DNA of 64,000 nucleotides from a virus (Duplodnaviria; Heunggongvirae; Uroviricota; Caudoviricetes): IMG/VR virus record IMGVR_UViG_2718218305_000006; one strand, 5' to 3'. Shown piece by piece: positions 61,505 to 64,000 of this stretch (position 1 is its first letter; each line of letters starts with the position of its first letter). The notes under the pieces were generated by a model. It saw only the letters and a program-made list of their open reading frames with translations, ran no database searches and was not told where the DNA came from. The position numbers and the translations under genes were made by a program.

Positions 61505-61774
61505 ATGAACATATTAAAAAAAATTATGCAGCGTCTGTGTGGTTGCGGAAAGCATGATGACCGTGAACACGGGGAGTTACTTACAGCACAGCTGCGACTG
61601 GGACCGGCAGACATCCTGGAGTCAGATGAGAATGGCATTATCCCGGAGCAGGACAGGGTAATCACGCAGGTGGTGATACTGGATGCGGATAAAAAGCAGA
61701 TACAGTGCGTGGTAAGACCGCTGCAAATCCTGCGTGCTGACGGGACGTGGGAAAATATTGGCGGGATGAAGTAA
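61505..61774 (+). CDS. Small protein paralogous to the tail fibre C-terminal domain
   Basis: Copy of 11698-11967. Confidence 0.6.
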   Translation: MNILKKIMQRLCGCGKHDDREHGELLTAQLRLGPADILESDENGIIPEQDRVITQVVILDADKKQIQCVVRPLQILRADGTWENIGGMK

Positions 61775-61792
61775 CCCGACAGCTTCACAAAA

Positions 61793-61813
61793 CCGGAGTC
61801 CGGCTCCGGTTTT
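61793..61813 (+). terminator. Intrinsic terminator after the fibre module
   Basis: ccggag-tccgg-ctccgg hairpin followed by TTTT. Confidence 0.5.
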
Positions 61814-62140
61814 GTGTTGCAATGTCCGGGGGATATTTGTTAAGTAGATTGTATTGTATGTAAAGGCAGAGCTCCGAATTTTACTGTTGTAAGTGGGCCT
61901 GGCGGGAATGGTATCGCCAGCATCATTGGCTTGGGTCCAGTAAAAAGAGACGCAGAAAGATGCACAATAGGCACTACGCGTCATGCATGGATTAGGTCGC
62001 TCATTATTTACACAGTACTGCTAAAAAATTATTAAGGAAAGCGCGGCACTTCGTATGTAAGAGCGTGTCGCGGTTGGCTGGTGAACTTTCGATAGTGCGA
62101 GTATTGAATGATTTCCAGCCGTTACCGATTTACGTGTTTA

Positions 62141-62347
62141 TTAGCGAACAAACCACTCGTCAGCAGACTCCCAGGTATCTTTCAGCGTCTCCTGAACAAA
62201 AGTTTTTGCAGAATCTTTATCGGCGGTGCGAGTAACTGAAAGGCCATCGTTGCTGGTGGATTTGATGATCACTTCTACATCGTCATAACGTTTACTGACA
62301 CGTCGCAGCATTTCTTGTTGCAGGGCAGGAACAGAACCTTTTGGCAT
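62141..62347 (-). CDS. Hypothetical small protein next to the integrase remnant (copy of 17875-18081)
   Basis: Identical ORF to that beside the prophage Y integrase. Confidence 0.45.
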   Translation of the reverse strand: MPKGSVPALQQEMLRRVSKRYDDVEVIIKSTSNDGLSVTRTADKDSAKTFVQETLKDTWESADEWFVR

Positions 62348-62560
62348 TTTGTTGATTTTGGCTGCGGGGTATCTGTGGGGCATATATGGGACATAAAAAG
62401 GCCTCAAATAAACAGCAAAATCGAGATTAGGGATTTTTAGAAAAAATACAACCATCTGAAAAAACTTAGAAAACACCCAAAAACCCACAGAATAGTAAAA
62501 AACATCTATGAATTATGGATTTCAAGAGTCATTCAATCTAACTAATTGATAAATAAAAAA

Positions 62561-63112
62561 TTAACTTTTCATCGCTTCGTTATGGGGCATGGTTGGGGCA
62601 AACTCGCTTAACTGTGTATTTAACAGCGTTACCTGCGCATTATTATTTTCTGACATCCATTTCCCGTACACCTGAAACACCATTTGCGCATCTGCATGGC
62701 CCATCTGGTTTGCAATGAATGCCGGGTTAGCTCCTGCTGTTAACGACCAGCAGGCATAAGTGTGTCTCGACTGATACGATTTGCGATGGCGGATTCCGGC
62801 ACGCTTTACCGCTGCGTCCCACATCTGCCTTATTGAGTCAACGGTAAAATGGTCGCCATAATTTTTTACTTTCGCTGACACTTCAGGTTGAAAAACAAAG
62901 GTACATTTTTGTTTCTCTGTTCTGCCGAATTCTCTGAGGTGAACATCGATGATATGCTCTTTGCTCAGTCTCGTTAGTGCCATCTGACTCCGGAGAGCGT
63001 CGATTGCGGGCTTAATAAGGTGAATCACACGATTGGTTCCCGCCTGTGTTTTTGGTACTGTAAAACGGTCTTTTGCCAGATTTCTTCTGATTATCATTCT
63101 GCCATTGCGCAA
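62561..63112 (-). pseudogene. int: Integrase C-terminal fragment (equivalent to residues ~244-424 of the prophage Y integrase); N-terminal half deleted
   Basis: Homologous to 18301-18830 only; upstream sequence switches abruptly to exonuclease-gene homology. Confidence 0.75.
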
Positions 63113-64000
63113 GATGGTTGCGGTTTTTCTTCATCATTTTCTTCTTCTGTTTCCTGCTTAGCAGACAGTTCGCGGTTAACTTCTTCCAGGATATCTTTTT
63201 CCGGTGTATGTCGTGCAGCAGTGAGAGTTTCCTTGCTGGGGTTCTCGTGATCAGTCTCCGTTAAGTAGGCGTTGATATACCCCTGAAGGCGTCCCGGGTA
63301 GTGATAAAACTCAGGGTGAGCGCTCCGGATAAGTGCAAAAATAGCGGCGCGGGAATAGTCCAGAATACCCGGGGTTGCGCGAAGTGCTGCGGACCATTCT
63401 TTGAACGGACTTTCTCTTTTCAGGACGATTTCTTTTGCGCGACGATAAACGCTGCCCGGAATTTCATAAATATTAAAATCCATCGGAAGTGTGGCTGCTG
63501 CAATCTCCACATCCAGCGTATCGAAGGTGTGTACTAAATTCGGATTGCGATCGGTTTTGTTCCCGCCACCGGCATTTGCACCGGAAGCCGTACGGGTGAT
63601 ACGCGAAACACGATTTCCTTTCATCCACTCTTTTGTCAGCAGACCCCGATCAGTGTAGTCAGCGTCCAGGTATGCCTCGAAAAAAGCAGTTATCAGTCCC
63701 AGGTCTGAATTACCGGGATTAGGGAAAACTTTGTCAGTGTCGCGTACCAGTTTGTGAAGGTCGCGAATCTCCAGCGGGTCGAGCAGCTTTGTTTTGTGAG
63801 AAATGGCCAGGGCAGTAACAGCCGGCAGTTCTTCCGCCCGTGCTATATGTAATGCCTGAAGTTCTTCCCGTGCAACGTGCGTTACTGGTTTTTCGCTGCC
63901 GTGTTGCGCAAGCCAGCGAATGGGCAGCTCCTGACCAGAAACCGGCAGGAGCATATTCTCCTCAATCTCCGTCATGTCTTCGCCGTTGACGTTGGTATTG
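63094..64000 (-). pseudogene. Exonuclease gene fragment (N-terminal portion, continues past the window end) fused out of frame to the integrase fragment
   Basis: Homologous to the 5' part of the exonuclease gene 19933-22377 (…[26 protein letters not shown]…), but stops before the DEDDh domain. Confidence 0.65.

Noticed and set aside
1-64000. rRNA genes or additional intact tRNA genes
   Set aside because: No sequence with rRNA-like conserved motifs and no other cloverleaf-compatible segment was noticed by eye; a tRNA/rRNA scan would be needed to be certain.

Overview
The window holds three tandem lambdoid (siphovirus-type) prophages from an enterobacterium, most likely an EHEC/EPEC-like Escherichia coli, judged from NleG-type effector genes and a NanS-p-type esterase gene. 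All calls below come from reading the six-frame translations and the DNA by eye, with homology recalled from memory; no searches were run. (1) Prophage X, right arm, ~1-12,000: tail module (major tail, G/G-T chaperones, tape measure, M, truncated L, frameshifted J, Lom, collagen-like tail fibre, small fibre-associated ORF). It is followed by NleG effector cassettes (12,081-14,017) and a nested insertion: an ISEc8-like IS66-family element (14,563-17,004, 8-bp target duplication) inside an IS256-family element (~14,095-17,859). (2) Prophage Y, apparently complete, ~17,869-62,139: integrase and excisionase-like gene, large exonuclease, RacR/YdaS/YdaT-type immunity region, replication genes with iterons, a low-GC island carrying a Hanks-type Ser/Thr kinase plus PP2C phosphatase next to a hok-like toxin, DUF968/RusA/Q, a degenerate tRNA, NanS-p-like esterase, pinholin/SAR-endolysin/Rz/Rz1 lysis cassette, terminase, portal, protease-capsid fusion, and a full lambda-like tail set V-G-T-H-M-L-K-I-J-lom-fibre. 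(3) Prophage Z, left end only, 62,139-64,000: a truncated integrase fused out of frame to an exonuclease fragment. No stx, rRNA or CRISPR array was found. The best candidate for an undescribed system is the kinase/phosphatase island at 29.1-31.7 kb; secondary candidates are the genes directly downstream of the repressor (23.4-24.4 kb) and the gene between holin and endolysin (38.9-39.5 kb).
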